The position numbers were made by a program, and so were the translations under genes. A DNA stretch of 64,000 nt from Paramecium tetraurelia (taxonomy: Eukaryota): positions 1 to 64,000 of the forward strand of contig CT868330.1 in assembly GCA_000165425.1 (NCBI GenBank), in the 5' to 3' direction. Within the stretch, counting starts at the first letter, position 1. Each line of letters begins with the position of its first letter. Positions 1-12,760 of the stretch are shown in pieces. The notes beneath the pieces were generated by a model. It saw only the letters and a program-made list of their open reading frames with translations, did not search any database and was not told the DNA's origin.

Positions 1-3000
1 AATTAGACTATATCATAAATGACGATAAATTTCTTTCATAAATCTCTAAAATAAAGAGCAATTTCTTAAGTCTATTACAAAAGAAAGAGATCAATAGTAT
101 TTTGAAAGAATCATTTAAATAAATAAATCTAGAATAAATTATTATATAGTTGTTTAATCCACAATTGATTATAAAATTAATAAACGAATGTTATAATTAT
201 TATGAAAAACAATTTAAAAAAATTATACAAAAAGAAAATCTATTCATTAGAAAATAAGAAATTGAAGGTATCTAAATTGAAAATATATAAATCGAAAATA
301 TTAGGGATATTCAGATAATACTAATAAGCATTAATTCAAGCATAAATATTTGTAAGGGATTATAAATGATTCTTAAATAGCACTAAAAACTCATATCGTC
401 AATATAAACATAATTTTAGAGAGTATTTGAAAAAATAGGTGCTGCTGCTTACATTAAAAATGAATAAAATTAGGAAATAGATATTGAATAAAATACAATA
501 TTCATCAAAAGAATTAGGGATTAACTGCTGCAATTAATTGAAAAATACTAAAATTAAAAACTTAAAAAAGAATAACTCTTAGATTTCAATATAATATCGA
601 ATCAAATTAAAGAAGAAATTAGTAAAAAAATAAGATGGATTGGCAAGAAGAAACCAAAACCTTTCGTATTTTATTATTATCAAAAATTAAGTTTCAATTA
701 GATCTCCTTAATTTGGAAAAGTATGAGATAAACTATTTAAAATAAGTATTGGATGAACAACAACTTTAATAAATAAATTCAGAAGAAAAATCAAAAAAAT
801 ACTAACCTATAAATAAGGAAATCAAGCAAACTAATGATGAATTTTTGAAATTGAAATTAACAGATTTTTTTGATTGTGAAGTACTTTTGGATCACTTAGA
901 GATGTTGATAACTTAATCAAAAAACATAAAAAATATAATCAGTTAAAATTGCGGCAACAAAACATCTCAGAATTCATAAATCATGTTAGATTTGTTTCCA
1001 AATACTTAGGTATATATTTTCAAAAAATCGATTTATAATGTACAAAAATAAACGTTAGAGTTTTATTCAAATTGTAAAACACTTGAGTAAATTATTTTTA
1101 ATGAAGAATTTTTAGAGAAGCGTAAAAATTAAACCAATTTTGAATAAATTCCTACATTGCTCTATATATTAAACTTTGATTCCCTAAATTATTAAGATTA
1201 AGGAGTAGTACATTAGGGCGAAAAAGTTAATATAGTATAAAATATGATAGGAAAATTAAAAAACGATATGAAAGTAAATTATGAGGAGAGATTGATATAT
1301 TTTCAAATTCATCCTATAAAGTTAGAGAACAAGTTGTATTCAATTTAATTAAGATACAATCAACCATTTAAGAATAGCCAATAGAAGAGTTTTGTGAAGA
1401 TTTATTGAAATAAATATGGATAATTGAAGAGCATCCAAGTGTTAGAAATCTTCTAAAGAATGACGAAATGTTAAGTATGCAGAAAAGATTATTTTCTCAA
1501 GATTTATAAAATTTCTCTCAAAAAATCAAAATTGAGATGCAAACAAGATTTGAATAGATTAATTATCTTAAAACTTAAGCTCTTCTAAGTGACAACTAAG
1601 ACGAAATAAAAAAATTATTATTACAGAAATATGATGATTTTGAGATATATTTGGACAACATAACAGATATGTCATAAAGACTAGACATTAGTTTAATTTT
1701 TTTAAGGGAAATTAGTAAGGATTTGAAAAATATTAAATCATCAATAGATTCAATATTAAAAAGCTTAAAAAGCGTTGTGGATGACATAAGAAGATTAAGA
1801 GGTAAAAATTTTATGGAATTATTAACCATCCGAAAATAGAAGGTTTTACATACAAAGCTAGAAAATGAATTGGATTAAATTCACATTGAAATTAAAACTT
1901 AAGAATATGACCCCATCTCTGGAAATAAGAAACAAAACAAAAATGGAGAATTTGTAACTTTTTTGATGAAATCGAATTATTATGATTATGATGGAGAAGT
2001 TAATGAATTTTTATGGAGCGAAGATGAAAAGCAAAAGGACGTTATGTTAATAAAGGGAAAAGCAGGTTCAGGAAAAAGTAGAGCTTCATGTAATATTGAA
2101 GAATTTATTTGGATTAATGATTCAATTTCACCAAATTGGATTCCAATTTATGTGTCACTTCCTTCAATAAAAGATCCTAACAACAATTTGATTGAATAGG
2201 CTTTTGAGTCTGAAAATTACAACTTTGATAGCATTTAAATAAGAGAATTTAAAGATGCTGTGATGAATGGAAAATTAAGGATTGTGATTATACTTGAAAG
2301 CTATGATGAGATGAAAATTGATTGCATTGGAACAAATCTGTATTAGACAAATCGATTAGCTTATGATCTATGCCTTTAAGCCTAAGAAAAAGTAAAATTT
2401 ATAATTACAACAAGAGAAGAAATACTAAACTCAATAGGATATTAAACATGGTTTTATGGTTCAAATTTATAAAATTTTAAAGAAGTAGAAATATTACCTT
2501 TTAGTAAAGAACAGAGTTCTTAGTATCTTAAAATATACACTGAAATTAGCTTTAAAAGAACAATTAAGAAGTTTTATGAATTTCTCAAGTAATTAAAGGG
2601 TTAAAACTTTTAATTAGATGAGTTTAAATTAATTTGGAGTCAAATAGAAAATACAATTTATCCTATAATATAAATGTAAAAATCTGATATGTTATTTGAA
2701 AATTAAGCTGTTGAAAGGTTAATTAAAGCAATTTAAAATGTTAAGTTTTTTAGTTTTATTTAATAGAATTAAATATAATCTCTAAAAAAAGAACTTCTTT
2801 AGCTATGGGGAGAAAAAAAATATTAATCAGTAATCATAAATTTAGATGTAACAAACCTATTGTGTACCCCATTTATGATGGAAATAATTGTTTATGTGTT
2901 ACCTGAAATGTATTCACTTCCCTCTAAAACGAACATAATTAGAGAATTACTGAAAAAAAATTATGTGTTTTTGAAAATGGAGGCTAAAACCTCAGAGGAA

Positions 3001-6000
3001 AATATGGAAATTTATTCCAAATTGAGAAACAATAATTTTTAAATTGAGGCAGAAGATGAGATATACAAAAGTAATATGAATAAAAGTAGAATGAAAGAAA
3101 TAGAAATAAATTAATAATTTGCTTAAATTTTAGAAATTTTAGATAAATAAAATTTTTTTAAATCACTTTCAATGGCAGATTCTTTATAATATGAAAGCTA
3201 TACTACAATCCTCTCAAATAAAAACATCAACGTCGATTTTGATGTGAATTTTATTGTTTCAGCTTTCAAGCTCCATAAATATACTGCATTTGAATTTTAT
3301 GAAATCTTTGTGAATTTTTACCACAATTAACAAAGGTAAAAATTTAAAGCATTTGGTTAAAATATTAAAGAAGAAATTATGATTTCAGATTTATAAGAAT
3401 TTTCAATATTTTTGGCAATCGATATGACTATGAGATAACTTACATAAGTAAATTATCAATAAAAAGGGAGATTATATATTTCATAAGTTTAAAAAGAGAG
3501 AAATGTTGATGTCTCTTGGGAAGATTCATATTTTAGTGAAAATTAAGATGATTTTGAGTACAAAACACTATTACGAAAGTGTATGTTGATTAATTCCAAA
3601 GGAAGTGTATATGCATTCAATCATAAATCTATTTAAGAGTTTTTTGTAGCTAAATATATCGTAAATTTATTAGAGAAAAACATTTTCAAAGAAAATCAAA
3701 CAGTTGATTAACATTTCTTAGATTAAACCAGTTTTAATAAAAGTTTATTTAATTTATCATTGGAGCATTATTCTGGGACAATAGAATTGTTAAAACCTAA
3801 GATAAAATAGATTGAAGATATAAAGAATAAATTAATTAAAATAGCATTATTATCTAGAAAAAAATCTAAAAATTCTAAATATAATCTTATTAGATCAGCT
3901 TCAAATTCAATTTATATTCTAGGTTCTTTAAAAGAACATCTTGATAATATTAATCTAAGAAATTTAAATATAGCAGATACTAAATTGGATGGAATAAGTT
4001 TTTATCAATGCAATTTGAGTAACTCTAAATTTAATAATGTATCTATAGATTCTTGTAATTTTAATTGCGCAACATTAGAGCATGCTACTTGGAAAAATTT
4101 GATTTGCAAAGAAAAACCATCAATAAAAGCTCATAATGAAGCCATTAAATAAGTTGTTTTTAGTGATGATGGAAAATTTTTAATATCAGGAAGTTAAGAT
4201 GGAGTTATTTTTAAATCAGATTTGTCAGCCGATTCAGAACCTAAAAAAGCATAGCTACTAAATGATGATCTATTAAAAAAATTATCAATAGGAGAAAATT
4301 GGCTTGCTTGCCTTTCAAGGGAGTGTTTATACCTTTATAATTTACTTGAGTTAAAAGAATCGCAAGGGTATCGAAAAAAAAGTGAATATTTTAAAGATAT
4401 TGAGGATATTAGATTATCCCCAAATGATAAATATTTAGCTTTATTTTTAAAAAATGGTAAAATAATCATTTTACAAGTAAAAAATCTACTTCAATAATAA
4501 GAGTAATAATCAAACTATTGGACAACACAAAATATCGTTAAATGTTTAGCAATTTCTTCTGATTATTAGCTTTTAGCCACAGGTGATACTCAAATTAAGA
4601 TTTGGAAATATACTAATATTTCAAATATTAAATTAATTTTAGAACTTCCAGAATAAAAATATCCAATACTTTCTATTTCATTTTCAAAGGATAATTAGGT
4701 AATAGCTGTAGCAAGTGATAATAAGAAGTTGGAATTTTTTAATATTTCAAACCTAACTCAAGTTCCATTATAATATACTTTTGACTAATAACAAACGATT
4801 TAATAAATAGCTTATTCGAATGACGGATAGCTATTTGCATCTAGATCACTCTCTTCATTGAAAATATATGAGGTTTAATAGTTACATTGTCAATAAGACT
4901 TTTTTAGAATAAATTCTAATCTTCAAGTGGATTTAATTGAAATCTCTTCTGATAGTTAAATTTTGGCTACTAGTCATTAATAATCTTTGGAATCTAAACC
5001 TAAAATTACTATATGGGACATTAAAAACTTATAGTAAATTAAGAAAAAATCAGTTTTTGAGGGCCCTTAAAAATATATTTCAACTTTAAAAATTAGAAAT
5101 GATAATATAATTTTAGGTTCAGGTAGCATTGATCATTCAATTTGTCTTTGGAATTTAATAAAACTAGAATTATTTGTGAAATTAACATCCCATTTGGATA
5201 AAATATTAGATCTAGCATTTTCATCAGATGGAAATCAAATGGTCTCTTCCAGTAAAGATGATACTATCGTTTTTTGGAATATCACCAAATTAGATAAACA
5301 GTAAATTGTAAATACTCCAAAACAACAAGAAGGAACTAAAAAGTTGATTTTTTGTCCAAATACTCCACTTTTAGTGTCAATCGGTGGTTACAGTTAAGAT
5401 AAAATCATATAATGGGATTCTGTTGGGCTTGATATAATTTCAATATAAAATTACGAAGAAGAAGTTCTAGACATAAATTTTAATGAGAATGGAGACATTA
5501 TGGTATCTTTAAATGATGATAGATATCTTAGAATTTGGACAAGAAATGAGTAATGTTTTTATGTTGAAAAAAAAAAAATACTAATTGATGAAAAAGGAAA
5601 ATTGTATAAAGCGTATTGTTTAAATTATTAAAATATTATTGCTCATATTGGACATTTCGTATATCAACTATAGATCAATGATGAAGAAATTTAAAAAAAA
5701 AGTCGTTTTCGCTTTTCGGACACGAGTTGTTGCAATAGAGTTTCATAAAATAATAAAATTATTGCTATTAAAGATTCCAAGGATTTTAATGTAATTGAGA
5801 TAATAGTTATAGAAAATCATAACAGTTAAAATAATATTTATTATGAAGAGTAAGATTAAATCAACGACTTTTAATTTTCTAATGATTCTTCACTTTTGGC
5901 AGTTGCAACAAAAAAGGGAGCATTTATTAAAGATATTAAAAAAAATGAAATATTGTAGAATTTTCAAGAGGATAGTTGCTGTTTCTTGATTTGTTTTATT

Positions 6001-8577
6001 GGGATACAAAAATTATCAATTTTACTATAGGGAGAACTAGTTTTATATGAAACAAAAGATATGTATTCAGTAAAACAAAAAATCCCTATCATCTAATCAT
6101 CTCCGTTGAAACTGATATTTTTAGATAAAAAATAGGAGATTTGTTTGTATAGTTAGAATAGCATTATTTTGATAAACTTATAAGAATTATAATAAATCAA
6201 ATTAATATAATTAGATGAAGGCGTAAAATCAAGAGATGTAATTTTTGCCTAAGAATAAGTGGGTATGGCAGTAGGAAACCACATTTAATTTATCTCACTT
6301 TCAAATCCTATTACACTAGTATTACTACCCTAATCATATGATAAAAACAAAGATCATGAATACCTATATACTTACTTTTAATAAGACAATAATATTTTAT
6401 CAGTATTTAACACCGATTTATTGTATTATTAATTTGATATTAAATCTAATTAAACTTTAAAAACAGTAGAATTGAAAAATTTTGGTGGAAGGCCTATCGC
6501 ATTAAATAATTAACAAACTTTACTAATTGTCAGTAAGTAAGAAGGAGAATAAAATATAATGTTAATTGATATGGAAACCAAAAAAAGAGTGACTATCTTA
6601 GAAAAGATACCTGATAGCAAATTCAGTTGTGTAAATATTGTTTTTTCTTAAGATGGATAAAACTTTGTTACTAGTTATTCAGACTTAAGAATTAAATTTT
6701 GGGATACTAAATCTTACAAATTACTCTCTACTTTTAAAACAGATACAAATTAAATCTAAATCCTTACAATTTCTATTAAAGGAATATTAGCTTAAACAAG
6801 TAATGATATCATAAAATTATGGGATTTAAATGCCTTAAAACAATAATAATTAGAATTAGATGGTCATTCTTCTTCAGTTAGAGAGCTCTGTATTTCTTCA
6901 GATGGTCTCTAATTAATTACAGGATCTGAAGAAGAAATAATTAGATGGGATTTGATAGAATTAAAAAAACTTGATATATTAATTAAGGGCAAAAGGCTTC
7001 CTCAAAAATTTTGCTTCTCACCCAATAGTCAGTATTTTATTGCTCAAGCTGAATAATCAATTCATATATGGAAATTTAATACAAAATATATAATTGAATT
7101 TCATAAAATATATTGGTGTGAGCCTGCTTTGGATAAAAAATTGTTTGTAGATTAGAATCTTGTCATCTATAAGAATGGTAAATCTAAAATATTCATATTG
7201 AACTTAGAATATGTTAGTGAATAGATTTAATTACAATTTTAATCTGATTTAAAAAATCAAGCAAGAAAGATTATTCTTTCAACAAATTTGCTGATAAAAA
7301 CTAATCCATTAGAGATAATTCATATAAATGATAAATTAGAATTAAATAATGAATAGATAGATGGAATTTCAGCAAGTTAAATATCAAATATTGCATTTTG
7401 TGCTAATTCAAAGATGCTTGCTTTTGAAGAAGAAGATCATTCAATAATTATATGGTCAATTTAACAAAAGTAAAGAATGGGGATATTAAATTCCAATAAA
7501 AATATAAATACTTAGCTTTTATTTATTTCATTTTCTGGTAATAGTAAGATATTGTTCTCATATCATTTTGATAAAAAAATAAGATGTTGGAAGATAACTG
7601 ATAAATTTGAGTTGATTAAGTTATAAGATCTGAGCAATCATTTGCACTAGAAATATTCTCTAGATTTGCATTTGCATCCTATTAAAGATGAGGAATTTAT
7701 ATTGATTTGGGCTGAAGTGGTTGAAATTTAACCTCAGTGTTGGGTTGATAAATTTTATTTTTAGATTGGCCATGATATAGAAGAATTATGTATACCTATT
7801 GAAGATTTTAAAAATTGGAACGAAAAATTTACAACTGCATTTAACGAATCAAATAGCCTAATTGCCTTATAAATTGAAACAATACTTAAATTATATGATA
7901 TATCTTAAGGATAACGAAGAGTAGTTGCAACTTTAGAGGGCAATCCACTTGATAATTTAATGTTTTCATCTGATGGGAAAATTCTTTTATCATTAGGAAT
8001 TGATTTAACATTAAGATTGTACGATATCTCTGATTAAAACTCATTAAAAGTCAAAATTAATCTGAAGAATCCAATTCAAGCTTTGGCTATGTCACTTCTA
8101 AATTAATACAGCATCAGGATTTTTACTGAATTGGGTACAATAATTGATTAAAATATTTCAGATTATAAAGAAATAGTTGTTATCAAAGATGAAAATTAGT
8201 TTGATTATACAGCTTCAATAAAACAATTAAATATGTTCAAGTATAGTGGAAAAGTTAATAATAGAACTTTGGAGATTCTTGATTCTCAAACAAGTTAATT
8301 AAAATATACATTGGATAAATTTAGTTCCAAAATAAATGCAATCTCATTTGCTCCATCCTAAGAATAATTTGTACTTGGAATGGAAGATGGATAGATATTG
8401 TTCTATAAGATCGATTAGTAAACAACAAAAATTTATGACATACCTGTTTGCTATCACATTTTTGCCAAAAATCGTCTTTTGACGGCTTAATATTGCAAAA
8501 TTAGAAAATCTACATTTAAGACAATTGAAAATGTAAATTTTGAAAAAGTATTATGTGAGTATGGAGCAATAAAATGA
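1..8577 (+). CDS. Giant NACHT/STAND NTPase with pentapeptide repeats and multiple WD40 repeats (5' end outside window)
   Basis: In code 6 one frame runs from ~1291 to TGA 8575-8577 (spot-checked). Motifs: Walker A GKAGSGKS (2056-2079), Walker B IVIILESYDE (2281-2310), FIITTR, TPFMMEI, YAFNHKSIQEFFVA (~3610-3651), pentapeptide run LDNINLRNLNIADTKLDGISFYQCNLSNSKFNNVSIDSCNFNCATLEHATW (~3940-4092), then WD40 units (LGSGSIDHSICLWN, LAFSSDGNQMVSSSKDDTIVFWN, LDGHSSSVRELCISSDG). 5' exons join through putative introns 622-647 and 1274-1290. Confidence 0.9.
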
Positions 8578-10939
8578 AGGGTTCTTAAATTTATATTAAT
8601 TATAGTATTTGAACAATTAATTATTGAAAATAATAATAATTTATTCTTTCAACTTTCTAATCCGCTAAATAATCATTTTATGTTTTTCCAACAAAAAAAA
8701 GGTTTAAGGCTTGATAAGGATAAACTATAAGTTAATTTATATGGAGATATTACTGTTAGGTTATAAATCATTATCGAATGAATCTAAGTATCAACTTAAA
8801 ATATGTTTTTCAATTATTATTAAAATCAATTTGATTTAGTAAAAATAAATTCTTGGTCTGATTTGAAAAAATGTGTTGAAAAGGTATAAGAATTAAAATG
8901 AGACAAATACTGAAATTTATTACCCTTCAATAGAAAAAACTATAAAAATTTAAAATAGGTATTAATTATTTTATATCAATAAGGATTAAAATCAAGAAAC
9001 AATAATTTAATTTTATTTAAATAAACAATTAGAATAAACAAATACTTAAATCTTTAATTATCTTATCAAACATTTCAATAGAAATCTAGAACAATTAAAT
9101 TGCTTTGCACTCCTCCCACATATCTCTCTTCAAAAAACACCCCTTTTCTGTTATTAATTCTAAATGCATATTTGAATTATATGTTACATTGGTGAAAATT
9201 AAAATTGAACAAAATAATTTATCATTTTAATTCGAATTATTTATGGAAAAAGTTTAAGTCAATAAATTTCTTAGGAACATGGAAAATAATTTGTATTTAT
9301 TGATTAATCTCTTGACGAATTCGAAATTAAAGAAACTTTGCAAAATTTATTCAATAAGAAAACTGGAATTTAATTGCATCTGACATTGAATCATAACAAT
9401 AATACAATTTAATTTCGAAAATTGAAATGGAATTTCAAAGTAAGATAGCAATTAATACATTCATTATTAAATAGAATTGTTACTTGGAGAGATTTAACAT
9501 ATTTTGAACCATAAAAAATTATAAATGTAAATATATAAGTAATTGTAAAACTATAAATTTCTCGGAAAGACAGGTTTGAATTTATGATGAATTCACATGC
9601 TTTCTTTAAATAGATGAGCAAAATAATAATCAATATTAAATAATTTTGAATTGATAATTTTGTTTTCTTATTTTTGAAAAATTAAACATATTCGTACGAT
9701 AGTCTATTTTGAGGTTTATGATATACAATATTCTGCTTTAAATGCGAATTTTTGATGAAAATATGAAAATGTATCTAATGTGAAATTTTTATTGATGATA
9801 ATGACACTAATTATTTAACTAAAAATAAATAATGGAATTGATTTTATTTTTATAAATGTGGATAAAAAGATATTAATATTAAGTAAAAATAGAGATGATG
9901 AAAATTCTTGAGGCTATTGTTCAGAATTATTTTTAAGAAATATTAATAGATATGAAGAAAAGGTTTAAGTAGTGAAAATAAAGAGGTGTTTGGGACTATG
10001 AAAATATCAAAAAACATAACATTCATCTTTTATTAAAAATGATAATAAACTCAAATGCTCTTAAATAAATAATATTTGAAGTAATTAATTGTTTGAGCCA
10101 AATCTTTAACACAACTAAATTTTTTTGCGCCCTAATGAAAACTCATCATCAAAAAGCATTTTTTTAACTAATTTATTAAGGTTTAAATAAATTAAAACAA
10201 GCAACCTTCTTTATAGTTTATGTAAATTGATAAATGATAAGAAATACATCAGAGATTAGCTCATATTTTTGAAAGTTCTAGTGAAATTATATAAAGTAGT
10301 TAAGAAATTTCTCCTCCCTAATTTATTTTCCTTTAGCAATTCAGTTATCTCAAGTTCGAACATTTCTTCATTCTTAACTTGATTTCTCTCATTCCAAATT
10401 ATTTATTTTATCTAAGGGTAAACATTTTATTTTTTTATTTTAATCCATCTATTTAAAGATAATATTCTTAAATAGGTACTCAACCATGTATATTACCAAA
10501 ATAGACTACTTAATTAATGTTTGGAGTGGCAAAAAAGTCCACTACATCAAATTTCAAGAAAATTTTGGATTGGCTATTGAAAGAGGATGATTTGTATTAA
10601 TTTATTAAACAATTTATCGCTAACGAATGATCTTATTAAACAGAAGTTAAATAATGATAAAATTACTCTAGAAATTACTAAAGATACATTTCTCATAAAA
10701 TATAAATCTCAAATTTTCTTGCTTCAAATTCAATTAATTTTTTGTTATGATAACCATAATAAGATATAATTTTTTTCATGATTAGAATATAAAGTAATTG
10801 AACGAATTTACATTCATTTTCTTTCAATTTAGTATGAGATTTTATAAAAATATATTGTTCTTTATTGTTACATAATTGATTTTCAATCTTGCATATTTAT
10901 GGTTTGTACGAACTACAAGTCCTTCGATTAAAAAATAAC

Positions 10940-12760
10940 GTCATTATGTAACCGCAACAGCTGGATGGAGGTCTAAGTTAAAAGATAGGGTAAACTCTCT
11001 AGCAAGTAGAATAAGTCAAGCAAAATAATTGGGCTACGTCACAATAGCTGGACGGAAGTCTAGACTAGAAGATTGGGCAAGCACTAATTTTTCCCTTTTT
11101 TTCAGTTAATGTATAGTATTTAGATTTTAAACCAAAGAATAGTAGATCCTGAATTCCAATTTGTTAAAATCGAATACACCATTTTTTTTCTATGAGGCTA
11201 AGCCTTCACACCAAGATCAAATTACCACTTCTCCCCTTCTATTGTTGCTCTGTATTTTTTCCCATCACTATTGATAAAGTCTTTCTAACACATATCTTAA
11301 AGGTTTTTTGCATCTTTAGGAACTAGATAGAAATATTGCACTATGTAAACATGATGTATTAGACCCCCTGAATATTAGCCAGCTAGAACTTTACTTTGTT
11401 CACCTTAAGCTTAAAAATCAGAAACTTAATTAAATGTATTTTGCAATTAATCTCTCTAGTTATCTGAAGATATAAATTCCATCTCATCATTCTTATCATA
11501 TTTTATCTCTTTATCTAATATACTTATTGCCTCTTCTATATTTGAAATTTCTTATTTGTAAGAATTTATATCTATTTTGTTTTTATCCAACATTAAATTT
11601 TTTTTTTTTATTCATTCTTCAAATTTCAATCCCAATTTCTGCATCATTTATAATATTAGAGGAAAAGCTTTCTTTTTTTTCAATTCTTCAAGAATTTTTT
11701 CTTAATTGTTTTATTTAATTAGTCCCTCAAGAATTTGGATTTAATTTTATATTTTTACTATTTTTGTTATTGTATTTTATATTAATTATTCTTTCTCTTA
11801 ATTTTCTTTCTCTTTTTCTTTGATGCCATTATTTTTTTAATTAATCTATGCTTCAGCTTCTTCTATTTCTTTTGGAATATCTTTTAAGTATTTTTCAAAA
11901 ATCTGTCTTTACCAGTGTCAATTTTAATATAGAATATATTTGCTAAAAGCAATTTATATATCCTATGTATTTATAGCTTTGCAAAATAAATTTTATCAAT
12001 TCTTTGAAGTAACTATAAATGCCTTGAATTATTCTTCTGCTTCCATTTGGTTGTTGATATCATAACTTATCACTTTCTTGCTTTAAATCAAATGCAACAC
12101 GAATTTCCATATTTTTAATCTCTCCTAGACTTTTTTTTTTCAAAATTATGTTGTTTATCTTTATTTCCTTCCAATTAATTCAAAATCTTGTATTAACATG
12201 GTTAAGTTTTCTACTATTTCATTTGGCTTTTGTAATTAGTATGTAAATTGAATTTTTACATAATTCTCATGAAAAATTCCTGGAATTAATTACTACAACT
12301 GCACGACTTCTCTTTACAAAAAACGTTTCGTATGAAAGTCTTAAAACAATAGCTTTTATTGAATTTCAGTTTTTTATAGTTTAATCAATGCTCATCATAG
12401 TATTGTGTTGTGAAAAATCATCATATAAGGTTTTGTATTTGACAATTTTAATTTCAGTTTAATTTTTAACTTAGAGTAGTCAAATCATAAATATCTCCTC
12501 TGGTGTCAGCAAATCCAGGGCAATCACATAACATTAATTAATCCATATCATCCACTTTATACCTCTATATAAATGTTGTTTCTGAAACAACAACTGAATG
12601 ACCTACCTTTGCAAACTGATCATGAGTAAAATCCTTTTCCTGTTTTAATCTAAGGAATTTTTTTCCATACCTTTCATACTCCTCTAATTCATGACTTAAA
12701 TACTAATTAATGGAAATGCTTTTACCTAAAAATATTATTAAATCCATTTAATTTACAGAC
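10940..12760 (-). pseudogene. Decayed AIG1/GIMAP-like P-loop GTPase with coiled-coil and Cys-containing C-terminal repeat
   Basis: Minus strand reads (G)KSISINQYL (G1 remnant), AKVGHSVVVSETT (G2), MLCDCPGFADTRG (G3) and SIYILITKA (G4-like), then a charged coiled-coil. Several in-frame TGA codons lie after G3. Boundaries are approximate. Confidence 0.7.
10953..11085 (-). repeat. Imperfect 46-nt direct repeat with 87-nt (29-codon) period
   Basis: 10953-10998 and 11040-11085 match at 34/46 positions by hand alignment. Minus-strand peptides are SACPIFQSRLPSSYC and RVYPIFQLRPPSSCC. Confidence 0.8.

Noticed and set aside
10953..11085. Repeat-spacer-repeat pattern as a CRISPR-like array
   Set aside because: Only two diverged copies, the substitutions follow codon structure, and the context is eukaryotic with no cas genes.
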